Source: an uncultured Candidatus Bathyarchaeia archaeon
GTDB taxonomy: Archaea > Thermoproteota > CALKCG01 > B24
NCBI GenBank assembly: GCA_964568845.1
Contig: CAZMSC010000003.1
Coordinates: 1,608-65,607, forward strand
Direction of reading: 5' to 3'
Length of the DNA: 64,000 nt
A program made the translations under genes and the position numbers. Shown in pieces: positions 19,672 to 28,333 of this stretch (the stretch's first letter is position 1; every line of letters starts with the position of its first letter). The notes under the pieces were generated by a model, which saw nothing but the letters and a program-made list of their open reading frames with translations, searched no databases and was not told the DNA's origin.

Positions 19672-19956
19672 CTATCCTCCGGCTACAGGAGGGAGGATCG
19701 ATAGGACATCTCCATCTTGAAGTTTTGTTTCAAACCCTTTATCAAGGGAAACATTTCTTCCATTCAGTAGAAAGTTGAGAGATAGCCCTTCAAATTCGCC
19801 AACACCATACAAGTAATCTCTAAACCTTCCACCATACTTAGCGGAGAGCGTTTCCAAGAGCTTTCCAACAGACGTATCTTCTTCCAATTCAACCAATTCC
19901 TCACGTTTTCCCGTAAGCTCCCTTAGAAGAGCGAAATACCTGATTTTAACCTTCAT
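19672..19956 (-). CDS. MoaD/ThiS-type ubiquitin-like protein (SAMP-like), C-terminal GG
   Basis: MKVKIRYFALLRELTG....DGDVLSILPPVAGG stop. Confidence 0.65.
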   Translation of the reverse strand: MKVKIRYFALLRELTGKREELVELEEDTSVGKLLETLSAKYGGRFRDYLYGVGEFEGLSLNFLLNGRNVSLDKGFETKLQDGDVLSILPPVAGG

Positions 19957-19984
19957 GTTCTCAATTTTAGAAGAGGGGAAAGTC

Positions 19985-20731
19985 TTATTTTAATCTGACG
20001 CTGCAAGTAGGGCAGTCACTTCTCTTAGATAACTGGATCGTGTCGAAGCTCATTCTCCTGAAATCTAGGAAAAGCATTCTCCCAACTAAAGGTTCTCCAA
20101 TCCCCGTTAACAGTTTAACCGTTTCCACAACTTCAAGAGATGCCAGTGTTGCTGGAACAGCTCCAATTATCGGAATGGCTTCAGCTTGTGTAACCGGGAT
20201 TTTATGGAAGACGCATTTAAGACATGGGCCTTTCTCAGGTATGATGGTCGTTATTTGACCGTAAAATTCCGATACGGCTGCATGTACGAGGGAGATGTCC
20301 TTCAGAACACAGTAGTCGTTTACGAGGAAACGGGTTTTCCAATTGTCTAGACAGTCTAAGACAACATCTACACTGCCTATAACGTCCTCTATATTATCCT
20401 CGGATAGTTCAACCGGAGCCGCTTCAACTTCAACTTCAGGGTTGAGCGCTTCAAGCTTAGCTTTTGCAACCTCCACTTTAAGCCTTCCTAAATCCGATTG
20501 ATAGCCGAGAATCTGCCTGTTTAAATTGCTGAGTTCAAACCTCTCCCTATCTATGAGGATAACCTTGCCAACTCCAGCAGCCACGAGGTACGTGGCTGCG
20601 GCACAGCCCAACCCTCCAACTCCGACGACGGCCACCTTAGAATTCTTAAGCCTCCTCTGACCTTCTACTCCGAAACCAGGTATGCGGATCTGCCTATCGT
20701 AGCGTTCAAGTTCAGAAGACGATAGAGACAT
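19985..20731 (-). CDS. E1-like activating enzyme (ThiF/MoeB/UbaA family)
   Basis: YDRQIR..GFG..GQ.RL, VAVVGVGGLGCAAATYL Rossmann motif, and a C-terminal CPTC zinc motif. Confidence 0.8.
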   Translation of the reverse strand: MSLSSSELERYDRQIRIPGFGVEGQRRLKNSKVAVVGVGGLGCAAATYLVAAGVGKVILIDRERFELSNLNRQILGYQSDLGRLKVEVAKAKLEALNPEVEVEAAPVELSEDNIEDVIGSVDVVLDCLDNWKTRFLVNDYCVLKDISLVHAAVSEFYGQITTIIPEKGPCLKCVFHKIPVTQAEAIPIIGAVPATLASLEVVETVKLLTGIGEPLVGRMLFLDFRRMSFDTIQLSKRSDCPTCSVRLK

Positions 20732-20812
20732 CGATTAAACATAGACCGTTTTACTCATAAATCTTCCCCTTGGTTAGAAAAACACTTATAATAAACCATT
20801 CGTATAGACAGT

Positions 20813-21055
20813 TTGAGTTTGAAGGTTAGGGTTAAAACATACGGGTTTATAGCTCAAAAACTCGGCAGTAGGTTAGAGCTGGAGCTTGGAGAAGAGGCGA
20901 CCGTAAAAGACCTTATAAGTAAACTATCTGAAAAGCTTAAAGGGTTCGATTTAACGCAGGAGGTCGTCCTCGTAAACGGTAAAGCCGCGAGGCAAGACTA
21001 CATCCTCAGCGATGGAGATGAAGTAACGATAATGCCTGCGGTAGTCGGCGGCTAA
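20813..21055 (+). CDS. MoaD/ThiS/TtuB-type ubiquitin-like sulfur carrier, C-terminal GG
   Basis: ...DGDEVTIMPAVVGG stop. Overlaps convergent TtuA-like gene by 4 nt. Confidence 0.6.
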   Translation: MSLKVRVKTYGFIAQKLGSRLELELGEEATVKDLISKLSEKLKGFDLTQEVVLVNGKAARQDYILSDGDEVTIMPAVVGG

Positions 21056-21987
21056 ACTACATTACACTTAGAAGCGAGGTATTGCTTAACCTTCTCTTTT
21101 AACCTGCAAAAGCCGCAAACCTCAGTTATAGTCATGTATCCGCAGTATTTACATGGCGCTAGAGCCTCCCTCTTAGCCACCAATCCAAGCTTCTCCTTCC
21201 TCCTCAAGAAGCCTTTGTAGAAGCCCATAATTGAAGATGGCATCTCTTCCTCTATTTCCTGTATAATCTTTTTGAAGAATACGTATTTTCCACCTCTAAG
21301 AGGACATGGATCTTTAACGTGGGGAATGTTCAGAATGTCGCAGTAGAGTTTGGTCTCCTGTTCAAAGGTTAAGCAGAGGGGTTTAGCCCTCTTTCTAAGG
21401 GAGCCCTTTTCCTCCAACACCGGCCACTGTCTTTCTAAAAATTCGCTCCAGAACATTAGGGAGGATAGAAGGTTTGACGCTTCGTCATCTAACGTATGAC
21501 CTGTGACAACCACGTCGAAATCCTTCGCTTCTCTGTTTAAAATATACCTTTTCACCATCCCGCAGACGGCACATACCTCCTTATTCACAATTTTCGCCGC
21601 TACTTTTACGTCAACTTCAACCTCCTTTTTAAAGTCTAGAATCGAAACGGGGAGGTTTTCCTCTTCAGCAAACTTCTCAACAGTTTCTCGACATCTTTCA
21701 GAGTAGTTTTCTTCTTCTATTCGACAGTTGATGTGAAAGAGATGTATGTTATACCCCAGCTCCTTCAAAGACTTAGCTAAGGCCATGCTATCCTTCCCCC
21801 CGGATACGGCGACTACAACCCTATCGCTTTTAGAAAACATTTTAAACTTCTCAATGGTCTTTTGAACCCTCTTCTCAAAGAATAATTGGAAGCAGTCTAT
21901 GCAAAGCCTCAAATTATAACTCTGCAGGTATACGCCGCTTTTCACACAACCACACATCTTACATCTGACTTTCCTAAAACCCTCCAA
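21052..21987 (-). CDS. TtuA/Ncs6-family tRNA thiolation PP-loop ATPase
   Basis: SGGKDS PP-loop. N-terminal CKMCGC...CIDCF and C-terminal CKYCGY...CGFC zinc fingers. Confidence 0.75.
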   Translation of the reverse strand: MEGFRKVRCKMCGCVKSGVYLQSYNLRLCIDCFQLFFEKRVQKTIEKFKMFSKSDRVVVAVSGGKDSMALAKSLKELGYNIHLFHINCRIEEENYSERCRETVEKFAEEENLPVSILDFKKEVEVDVKVAAKIVNKEVCAVCGMVKRYILNREAKDFDVVVTGHTLDDEASNLLSSLMFWSEFLERQWPVLEEKGSLRKRAKPLCLTFEQETKLYCDILNIPHVKDPCPLRGGKYVFFKKIIQEIEEEMPSSIMGFYKGFLRRKEKLGLVAKREALAPCKYCGYMTITEVCGFCRLKEKVKQYLASKCNVV

Positions 21988-22298
21988 GTCTCCTCCCCCA
22001 AGTTTGAATTTTAACCTCTTCTAAAGTGGCTCTAAAATGCCACAATTATTTAGAAAGACTATCTTTCAGTTTTTCAATAGGAAAAACAGGTATTTCAATT
22101 TTCATCGCATCCTTTGATGATCATTCAATTGAGGTCGAATCTGTAGAAGGACGCTTACTAAAGTAGTGAAGGATGGGTTATATTTGGTAATTCCAGATAC
22201 CGGTTGCACGTAGAGCGGTTTGAAGAGCGCTTTCACCTGGATGAGGCCTATTGCAAAAATTTATAACATAGTAATAAATCTCTATTTAATAGGATATT

Positions 22299-22634
22299 AT
22301 GGGTTTAAAACCTCCATGTGAGTCATCCGTCAAGTTTATTATCCCAGCTGTAAGGCTCCTCATAGCTAAGAAGCTTATAGAGAAGTATGGGTTTACGCAA
22401 ACTTCAGCCGCTAAAGCTTTAGGTACTACGCAGGCGGCTATAAGCCATTACATGCGGTCTAAACGCGGATGGAAACTCTCTGAGAAACTGATGGATATAG
22501 GCGATGTTAGAGATATTATAGAGGAAGCCGCAGGAGAAATCGCAACATCTAAAAGCCCAGAGGTAGATGCGTTAAATATATGCGAGATCTGCAAGACTAT
22601 TCGGAAGCACATAGATGAGCTGAGAAGCCTATAG
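22299..22634 (+). CDS. helix-turn-helix transcriptional regulator (putative)
   Basis: GFTQTSAAKALGTTQAAISHYMRSKRG resembles an XRE-like HTH. C-terminal CEICK. Confidence 0.4.
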   Translation: MGLKPPCESSVKFIIPAVRLLIAKKLIEKYGFTQTSAAKALGTTQAAISHYMRSKRGWKLSEKLMDIGDVRDIIEEAAGEIATSKSPEVDALNICEICKTIRKHIDELRSL

Positions 22635-22841
22635 GAATCTAAATGATCGTGGGGGAGGATGCTTACATTGGACAATTTTAACATAAGGCACTTAATATCC
22701 GTCTTAATCCTCCAATTCTATAATTCATCAGCCGGAGCCTTTGAAACCCTCTAGAGCAGGGGTTGGGTTTGCTCAGTAAATAAAAGCACAGATTTATTAA
22801 GCGCTTGGAGGGCCTTCTTAATAAGAGTATAAGTTGAAAGC

Positions 22842-23051
22842 ATGGACCACGTATTCGTAAGGGCTAAGTTTAGAGGGAGAGGCGTGCTAGAGGTTGATAA
22901 GATGCTAGTGGATAATGGAGCCTCCTTCACAGTAATGCCTCTTGATGTAGCTGAGAAATACTTTATTGAAAGGACTGCTAAAGCTTTATCCGAGGCATGT
23001 AAGGTTTTAAAGACGACTTTTGGGAGTGGGTTGAGAGGTTCGAGAAAGTGA
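22842..23051 (+). pseudogene. truncated retropepsin-like (clan AA) aspartic protease fragment
   Basis: First ~45 aa resemble archaeal predicted aspartyl proteases (VDNGASFTVMP, cf. DTGA/DSGA active site). The ORF then ends at 69 aa, versus ~110-130 aa for family members. Confidence 0.3.
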
Positions 23052-23295
23052 ACACTAAGCCTTCTAAAGCGCTACGAGGTTGATGAATCCTAAGAGCTAC
23101 GTATTCAACGAAGATCACATAGCTTAGAGTCCTAACCCTCCTCCAGGTGTCCTTTTCTAAAACTGTATGATGGGGCTTTGATGCTATGGTTCAAGCCTTT
23201 TTGAGAAGATTCTGAGGAGGCTGTTGATAGCTTTATTATATGGTTGGGTTTAGAAGGAATAAGGATGGAGATTCTAGGAAAGACTTAAACATAGA

Positions 23296-24150
23296 GTGTT
23301 GAAGAATACGTTATTAGGGGAGTTTATGGTTCATAACCAAGAGTTTATCGAGAAAGTCAGAGACGTCGTTAGAGGATTTAGAGACGTTAAACTGGCTTAC
23401 CTATATGGTAGTTACGCTTGGGGTAGTCCAGGACCTACAAGCGACATCGATATAGCAGTGGTGGTTTCGAATAGGGCGGTAATTCCAACGTTAGCCGCGG
23501 AGATAGCTAAAGCCCTAGGTGTCCCCGAGGATAAGGTTTCGATAGTGGATGTAGATCTGCTTGATGAGGCTTTGAGGCTTAAGATAATTGCACATGGTAT
23601 TAAGCTTGTAGACAGAGGATTTGATGTAAATGTTCTTCTTCCGAGAGCGTTTGAGCTCGTTGAGGTATTTGAAGATGAGAGGTTTTCTTCAATCTCATGG
23701 CTACGCGGCAACCCGGTGGATTTAGAGGTGGTAAGGAATATAGCGGCTGCTATCTTGGAGGATTCTAGGGATTTGAAGGAGTTGCTAGATATAGGCTTTG
23801 AAAGGGTTGTAGGTGATAAGCATGTTAGGAAATCGTTTGAGAGGACTTTTTATACTTTGATAGAGTCTATGATTGATATGCTTAGGCATGTAGTAGCTGG
23901 GTTGAGCCTCGGCGTAGCATCCTACTACAGAGACTATATCGATATATGTTTGAGGAATAACGTCATAAGTATGAATGTAGCCGAAAGAGTTTTAAGGCTT
24001 ATACCAGTCAGACATGCATTGGCTCATAGGTATAGAAGATTAAACTATGAGGAGCTGTGGAAAGAGGCTGAAGAAGCCTACAATACCGCAAAAATACTGG
24101 TGACAGAAGTCAGAGAATACCTTAAGATGGAGTTAAAGATAGAGCTTTAA
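23296..24150 (+). CDS. fused minimal nucleotidyltransferase (MNT) plus HEPN (DUF86-like) protein
   Basis: N-terminus LYGSYAWGS....SDIDIAVVV (GS...DxD NTase motif). C-terminus RHALAHRY (Rx4H HEPN motif). Confidence 0.6.
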   Translation: MLKNTLLGEFMVHNQEFIEKVRDVVRGFRDVKLAYLYGSYAWGSPGPTSDIDIAVVVSNRAVIPTLAAEIAKALGVPEDKVSIVDVDLLDEALRLKIIAHGIKLVDRGFDVNVLLPRAFELVEVFEDERFSSISWLRGNPVDLEVVRNIAAAILEDSRDLKELLDIGFERVVGDKHVRKSFERTFYTLIESMIDMLRHVVAGLSLGVASYYRDYIDICLRNNVISMNVAERVLRLIPVRHALAHRYRRLNYEELWKEAEEAYNTAKILVTEVREYLKMELKIEL

Positions 24151-24248
24151 CACGCTGTTTAAGAAAACCCAAGCAATACCATCAACTATTAAAAATTGAA
24201 GTAGTCTGGTAGATGAATTGGGAAGATTTTACTTTACACTGCTTTTCG

Positions 24249-25331
24249 CTAACTTGAATCTAACGGAGCCGCGGCGAGCAAAGCCCACTGTTCAATCCAC
24301 CCGTCGCCCTGATAGTCAATAGTCCTCTGCGGCTCTATCACTATCCATTTTCCCTCTTTAAGACCTAGGTTTGTTAGATCTGAAAAGTAATGGTAGGGGA
24401 ACCCCGTTAACTCTTCCAAACACACTAGAACCATAGCATGGTATTCGCCGTTTTCATTGGTGAAAAAACCTATGGCTGAATCTATACCTTCAGCCTCAAA
24501 AAGAGCCGCTACTAGGATGGAGAAGTCATCGCAATCCCCAGACCCATATGTTAAAGTTTCAACGGGAGCTAGAAAAATATCATTAACATCGTTCTCATAG
24601 TGAAAATACTGGTTGACGAAGGCCAACGTCTTCTTAATTTTCTCAGTAGGCGTGTCGTAAGTTTTGACGTCTATTAAAGCAACAACCTGGTCTATCTTCC
24701 TCTTAGCTGTATCGTAGCTATGCTCTCCAACAGTTTCATAGTAGCTCTTTTCTAAATCAGGCCAGTATGGGAGACCCAAGTCGTGCAAGGCCAATTTAGC
24801 GGCGAAATCGGCTTTCATCTGCCAGTAGCTTTCCGTATAAGTCGAAGGCCAATGTTTAACGCCTATAAAGCCCAATTCCTGCCTCAAGTAGTCGTAGTAG
24901 GATTCTAGGCTGTTACCTATCTTTAGAGCCTTCTCCACTTTGAAATCTCTTTGAAGGCTGTTATAGGATTTCGTGAGAGAGTTGAAACTGCTCTGTAGAT
25001 TTTGATAATTTACCTGCAGCGTAACATATCTTCCATTTAAATCTTCATATTTTGAGTATAATGCAACGTAATTTCTACTTAAATTCTCATATTGAGTTAA
25101 AAGCTCAAAGTAACGTGCATATAAAATGTTAAAAGAACTATTCAATTTGTTGTAATTGGTTTGAAGCGTATCTACCTGTTTTTCCAAAAAATTCTTTTCA
25201 TAGTTAAGAGCGGTTATTTGATTTTGCAGATTTACATATGTTAAAACGTTTAAAACAACAAGTATAACAACTAAGACGGAAAGCCCTATCAACCTACCCT
25301 TCTCCACAGCTTTCTTTTGCAAATCTACCAT
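24249..25331 (-). CDS. membrane-anchored coiled-coil protein with C-terminal transglutaminase-like cysteine-protease domain
   Basis: N-terminal TM helix, then ~100 aa of low-complexity heptad-like repeats (NY..L...F repeated). C-terminus GSGDCDDFSILVAALFEAEGI...YHAMVLV fits the Cys-His-Asp transglutaminase core. Confidence 0.5.
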   Translation of the reverse strand: MVDLQKKAVEKGRLIGLSVLVVILVVLNVLTYVNLQNQITALNYEKNFLEKQVDTLQTNYNKLNSSFNILYARYFELLTQYENLSRNYVALYSKYEDLNGRYVTLQVNYQNLQSSFNSLTKSYNSLQRDFKVEKALKIGNSLESYYDYLRQELGFIGVKHWPSTYTESYWQMKADFAAKLALHDLGLPYWPDLEKSYYETVGEHSYDTAKRKIDQVVALIDVKTYDTPTEKIKKTLAFVNQYFHYENDVNDIFLAPVETLTYGSGDCDDFSILVAALFEAEGIDSAIGFFTNENGEYHAMVLVCLEELTGFPYHYFSDLTNLGLKEGKWIVIEPQRTIDYQGDGWIEQWALLAAAPLDSS

Positions 25332-25808
25332 TTTACCACAAATACTACTAACGTGTAGATAATTTATAAGGTTTCACAAGTCTAGAGACTACAAGCAGAG
25401 CCTTTAAATCATATGGAGGAGATATCGATCATACCAATCGTCCATGTTTAGAACGTTTTTAAACGATGGTGGAAGAGAAGACGAATGGTCCTTCCAGCAA
25501 AACAGACGCCCTGCGAAAGGCTGGTGGAACCCTCATCTATAAGACTCCAAAAGAAGAGGGAATAGCATATGGAGAATACAACGAAGAGTTTAAACATGCA
25601 CAGCTACTATAAACCATTTAAAAAACCAAGGGAGGATAGCCGACGACTTTAAATCATATTCCGAAGACTAAACAGAACGGTTTACTGTTAGAAGTGATCA
25701 TAGCTGGGTATTTTTATTTTAGCCGATTTCTATTACGCTTGGAGAAACCTTTATAAGCCGTTTTTTAGAATGAAAACTAATAACGGTGTTATTGAGAGGC
25801 GGTAAACA

Positions 25809-26732
25809 ATGTCGCTCTCTGAGCTTCAGAAGAAGGTTCTTCAGTTGAAGGAGAGGGAGAAGGCTTTGATTTTAGCTCATAATTATCAGCGTCCGGAGGT
25901 TCAGGAGGTGGCGGATTTTGTTGGAGATTCTCTACAGCTTTGCCTTACGGCGGCTAAGGTTGAAGATGTTAAGTATATAGTTTTCTGCGGTGTTGATTTT
26001 ATGGCTGAAACGGCGTCTATTTTAAACCCGGATAAGTTGGTTATAATACCTGATGTTGAGGCTAAATGTCCTATGGCTGCTCAGCTTCCGGCAGAGCTGG
26101 TGGTGGAGGCTAGAAGGAGTTATCCGGATGCAGAGGTCATGCTTTATGTTAACACGTTGGCTGAGGCTAAAGCTGAGGCAGATGTCATATGTACATCTTC
26201 GAACGCTTCAAATATAGCGGGTAAACTCAGCTCCACTAGAATCCTATTCGGACCTGACCGTAATTTAGCACTGTATACGGCTAAACACTGCCCTGGTAAA
26301 GAGATAATTCCAATACCTGAAGACGGCTATTGTATTGTACATAAAATGTTCCGGGTAGAAGATATTCTCAATATTAAGAGAGAATATCCAGACGCCGAAC
26401 TACTGGCGCATCCAGAATGCGACCCAGAGGTTCAAGATTTAGCAGACTTCGTCGGCAGTACAGAGCAGATGTGTAAGAGGTGTCTCGAATCGGCTTCGAA
26501 GAAGTTTATAATTGCGACTGAAATCGGCTTGGTAGACCGCTTGAAAAGAGAACTACCAGGTAAGGAGTATATCCCTGCAGTCAAAAACGCCGTATGCCAC
26601 AACATGAAACTTCACACACTTGAAAAAGTCTACCACGTCCTTGAGAAGAAGAAGCCCATCGTCAGAGTCCCAGATCCCATCGCTGAGAAATCGAGGATTG
26701 CAATAGAAAGAATGCTGAAACTTTCAAAGTGA
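25809..26732 (+). CDS. nadA: quinolinate synthase
   Basis: NadA-typical ILAHNYQ, FCGV.FMAET and AHPEC segments. 307 aa. Confidence 0.85.
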   Translation: MSLSELQKKVLQLKEREKALILAHNYQRPEVQEVADFVGDSLQLCLTAAKVEDVKYIVFCGVDFMAETASILNPDKLVIIPDVEAKCPMAAQLPAELVVEARRSYPDAEVMLYVNTLAEAKAEADVICTSSNASNIAGKLSSTRILFGPDRNLALYTAKHCPGKEIIPIPEDGYCIVHKMFRVEDILNIKREYPDAELLAHPECDPEVQDLADFVGSTEQMCKRCLESASKKFIIATEIGLVDRLKRELPGKEYIPAVKNAVCHNMKLHTLEKVYHVLEKKKPIVRVPDPIAEKSRIAIERMLKLSK

Positions 26733-26892
26733 TCTATTCCCACATTAACGAATATGTATAATTTCCATAGCCGCTAGTCTATCACATCGGCGATTTGCGT
26801 TTTACCTACTCGATGTTTCAGTTGTAAATGGTTCTCATCCTTCTAGAAAGATTAGGACCACGTTTAAAACTTCTATTCAACCCATGTATGTA

Positions 26893-27354
26893 TTATCCTA
26901 TTACCCATTTAACACTTTTCTCAGTATACTCCTTCTTCCAGATTGGGACTTCACGTTTTATCCTATCGACTAGTTCAGTTAGAGCTTTATACGCTTCATC
27001 CCGATGCTTAGATGCAACTAGGACATACATTATGTCTTCTCCGGCTAGAACGTCTCCAAGCCTATGCTCAGCAACGACATCTATCAGCCCGTATTTCTTC
27101 TTAACGTCTTCCACGACCTCCTCCAGAACCTTATGGGCTAAAGTCTCATGCGCCTCGTAACAGAGCTTCAACACCTTCCCATCGTCGCTGACAGCTCGGA
27201 CAACCCCTATGAATATGGCTACGGCTCCCACTTCATCCGAAGACCCTTTTAAATACTCTACTAGAGATGGAAGTGGGTCTAGCTTACGGTCTACTTTAAC
27301 CTTCAATTTAACCACCTGAGGGGGCTGGCATGAAATCCACCACATCGTTTTCAC
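26893..27354 (-). CDS. moaE: molybdopterin synthase catalytic subunit MoaE
   Basis: MoaE-like core (GAVAIFIGVVR, LCYEAHE...). Overlaps upstream MoaD. Confidence 0.65.
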   Translation of the reverse strand: MKTMWWISCQPPQVVKLKVKVDRKLDPLPSLVEYLKGSSDEVGAVAIFIGVVRAVSDDGKVLKLCYEAHETLAHKVLEEVVEDVKKKYGLIDVVAEHRLGDVLAGEDIMYVLVASKHRDEAYKALTELVDRIKREVPIWKKEYTEKSVKWVIG

Positions 27355-27592
27355 GTAATTTAAGTTCCTGGATGCTCGACTGGTGGATAATAGTGTTATT
27401 GACGGCTACTATTAAACCGCGTCTTAAAGTTCCATCTTCTAAAAATATCCTATCAGCTTTCCCACCAAGTACCGCTTTAAGACTGTTTTTAAGCGCGTTG
27501 AACGATTGGTCGTTTAAATGCACGGTAACCTCTCCAACACCAATATCTTCTCTTAAACTAGCGTAAAACCTCACTTTAACCTGAACCATCAA
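27308..27592 (-). CDS. moaD: MoaD-type sulfur carrier, C-terminal GG
   Basis: MMVQVKVRFYASLRE....DVVDFMPAPSGG stop. Directly upstream of and overlapping MoaE. Confidence 0.65.
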   Translation of the reverse strand: MMVQVKVRFYASLREDIGVGEVTVHLNDQSFNALKNSLKAVLGGKADRIFLEDGTLRRGLIVAVNNTIIHQSSIQELKLRENDVVDFMPAPSGG

Positions 27593-27687
27593 CCTTCAGT
27601 TAAAGGCTAGTAGTAACCTAAATATATAGTCTCCCCTAGATTAAAATAAGCTTAAATTTATGAGTAATTAAATTAACAGCGACCAAT

Positions 27688-28200
27688 ATGAGCAATCTTC
27701 AAGAAGATTTGAAAAGACTCTGTGGTATTGCTTTAGAGCTTGGAGCTGAAGAGGCTAGAATCATTAAAGCTGAGGATGTTGTGGTGGCAGACTGGGTCCG
27801 TCTCAAATGCCAGTATGGCTGCGATGGATATGGTAAAAGCCTCACATGTCCACCATACTCTCCAACACCTGATCAAACGAGGAAAATACTTTCATGCTAT
27901 AAGTACGCGATCCTAGTGCGTTTTCCACCGGATTCAGAAATTCACAGAGCTATGGCTAAACTCGAAAGGGAGGCCTTCCTATCAGGATACTACTCGGCCT
28001 TCGCCATGGTTGCAGGTCCATGTCCGTTATGCGATGAGTGTAGCTTAGACTATTGCCGTAACCCTGAGTTGGCTAGACCATCTATGGAGGCCTGTGGGAT
28101 AGACGTCTACTCAACCGCTAGAAGAGCCGGCTTCAATATCCACGTGCTTCGCAACCGCGATGAAAAACCCACCTACTACGCCCTACTCCTACTAATATAA
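27688..28200 (+). CDS. DUF2284-like predicted metal-binding protein
   Basis: Cys pattern CQYGCDGYGKSLTCPP ... CPLCDEC...C. Confidence 0.45.
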   Translation: MSNLQEDLKRLCGIALELGAEEARIIKAEDVVVADWVRLKCQYGCDGYGKSLTCPPYSPTPDQTRKILSCYKYAILVRFPPDSEIHRAMAKLEREAFLSGYYSAFAMVAGPCPLCDECSLDYCRNPELARPSMEACGIDVYSTARRAGFNIHVLRNRDEKPTYYALLLLI

Positions 28201-28333
28201 CATCCGGACAGACATTGCACGTTTAAACCTTTAGGCTATTTTTAGACGGCGTTTAACATTACTTCGATCTTCATCGTAGACGTTTAAACAATTAACCTTA
28301 TAGATAGAGACAGATCAAATGTAGATTGGGGAT

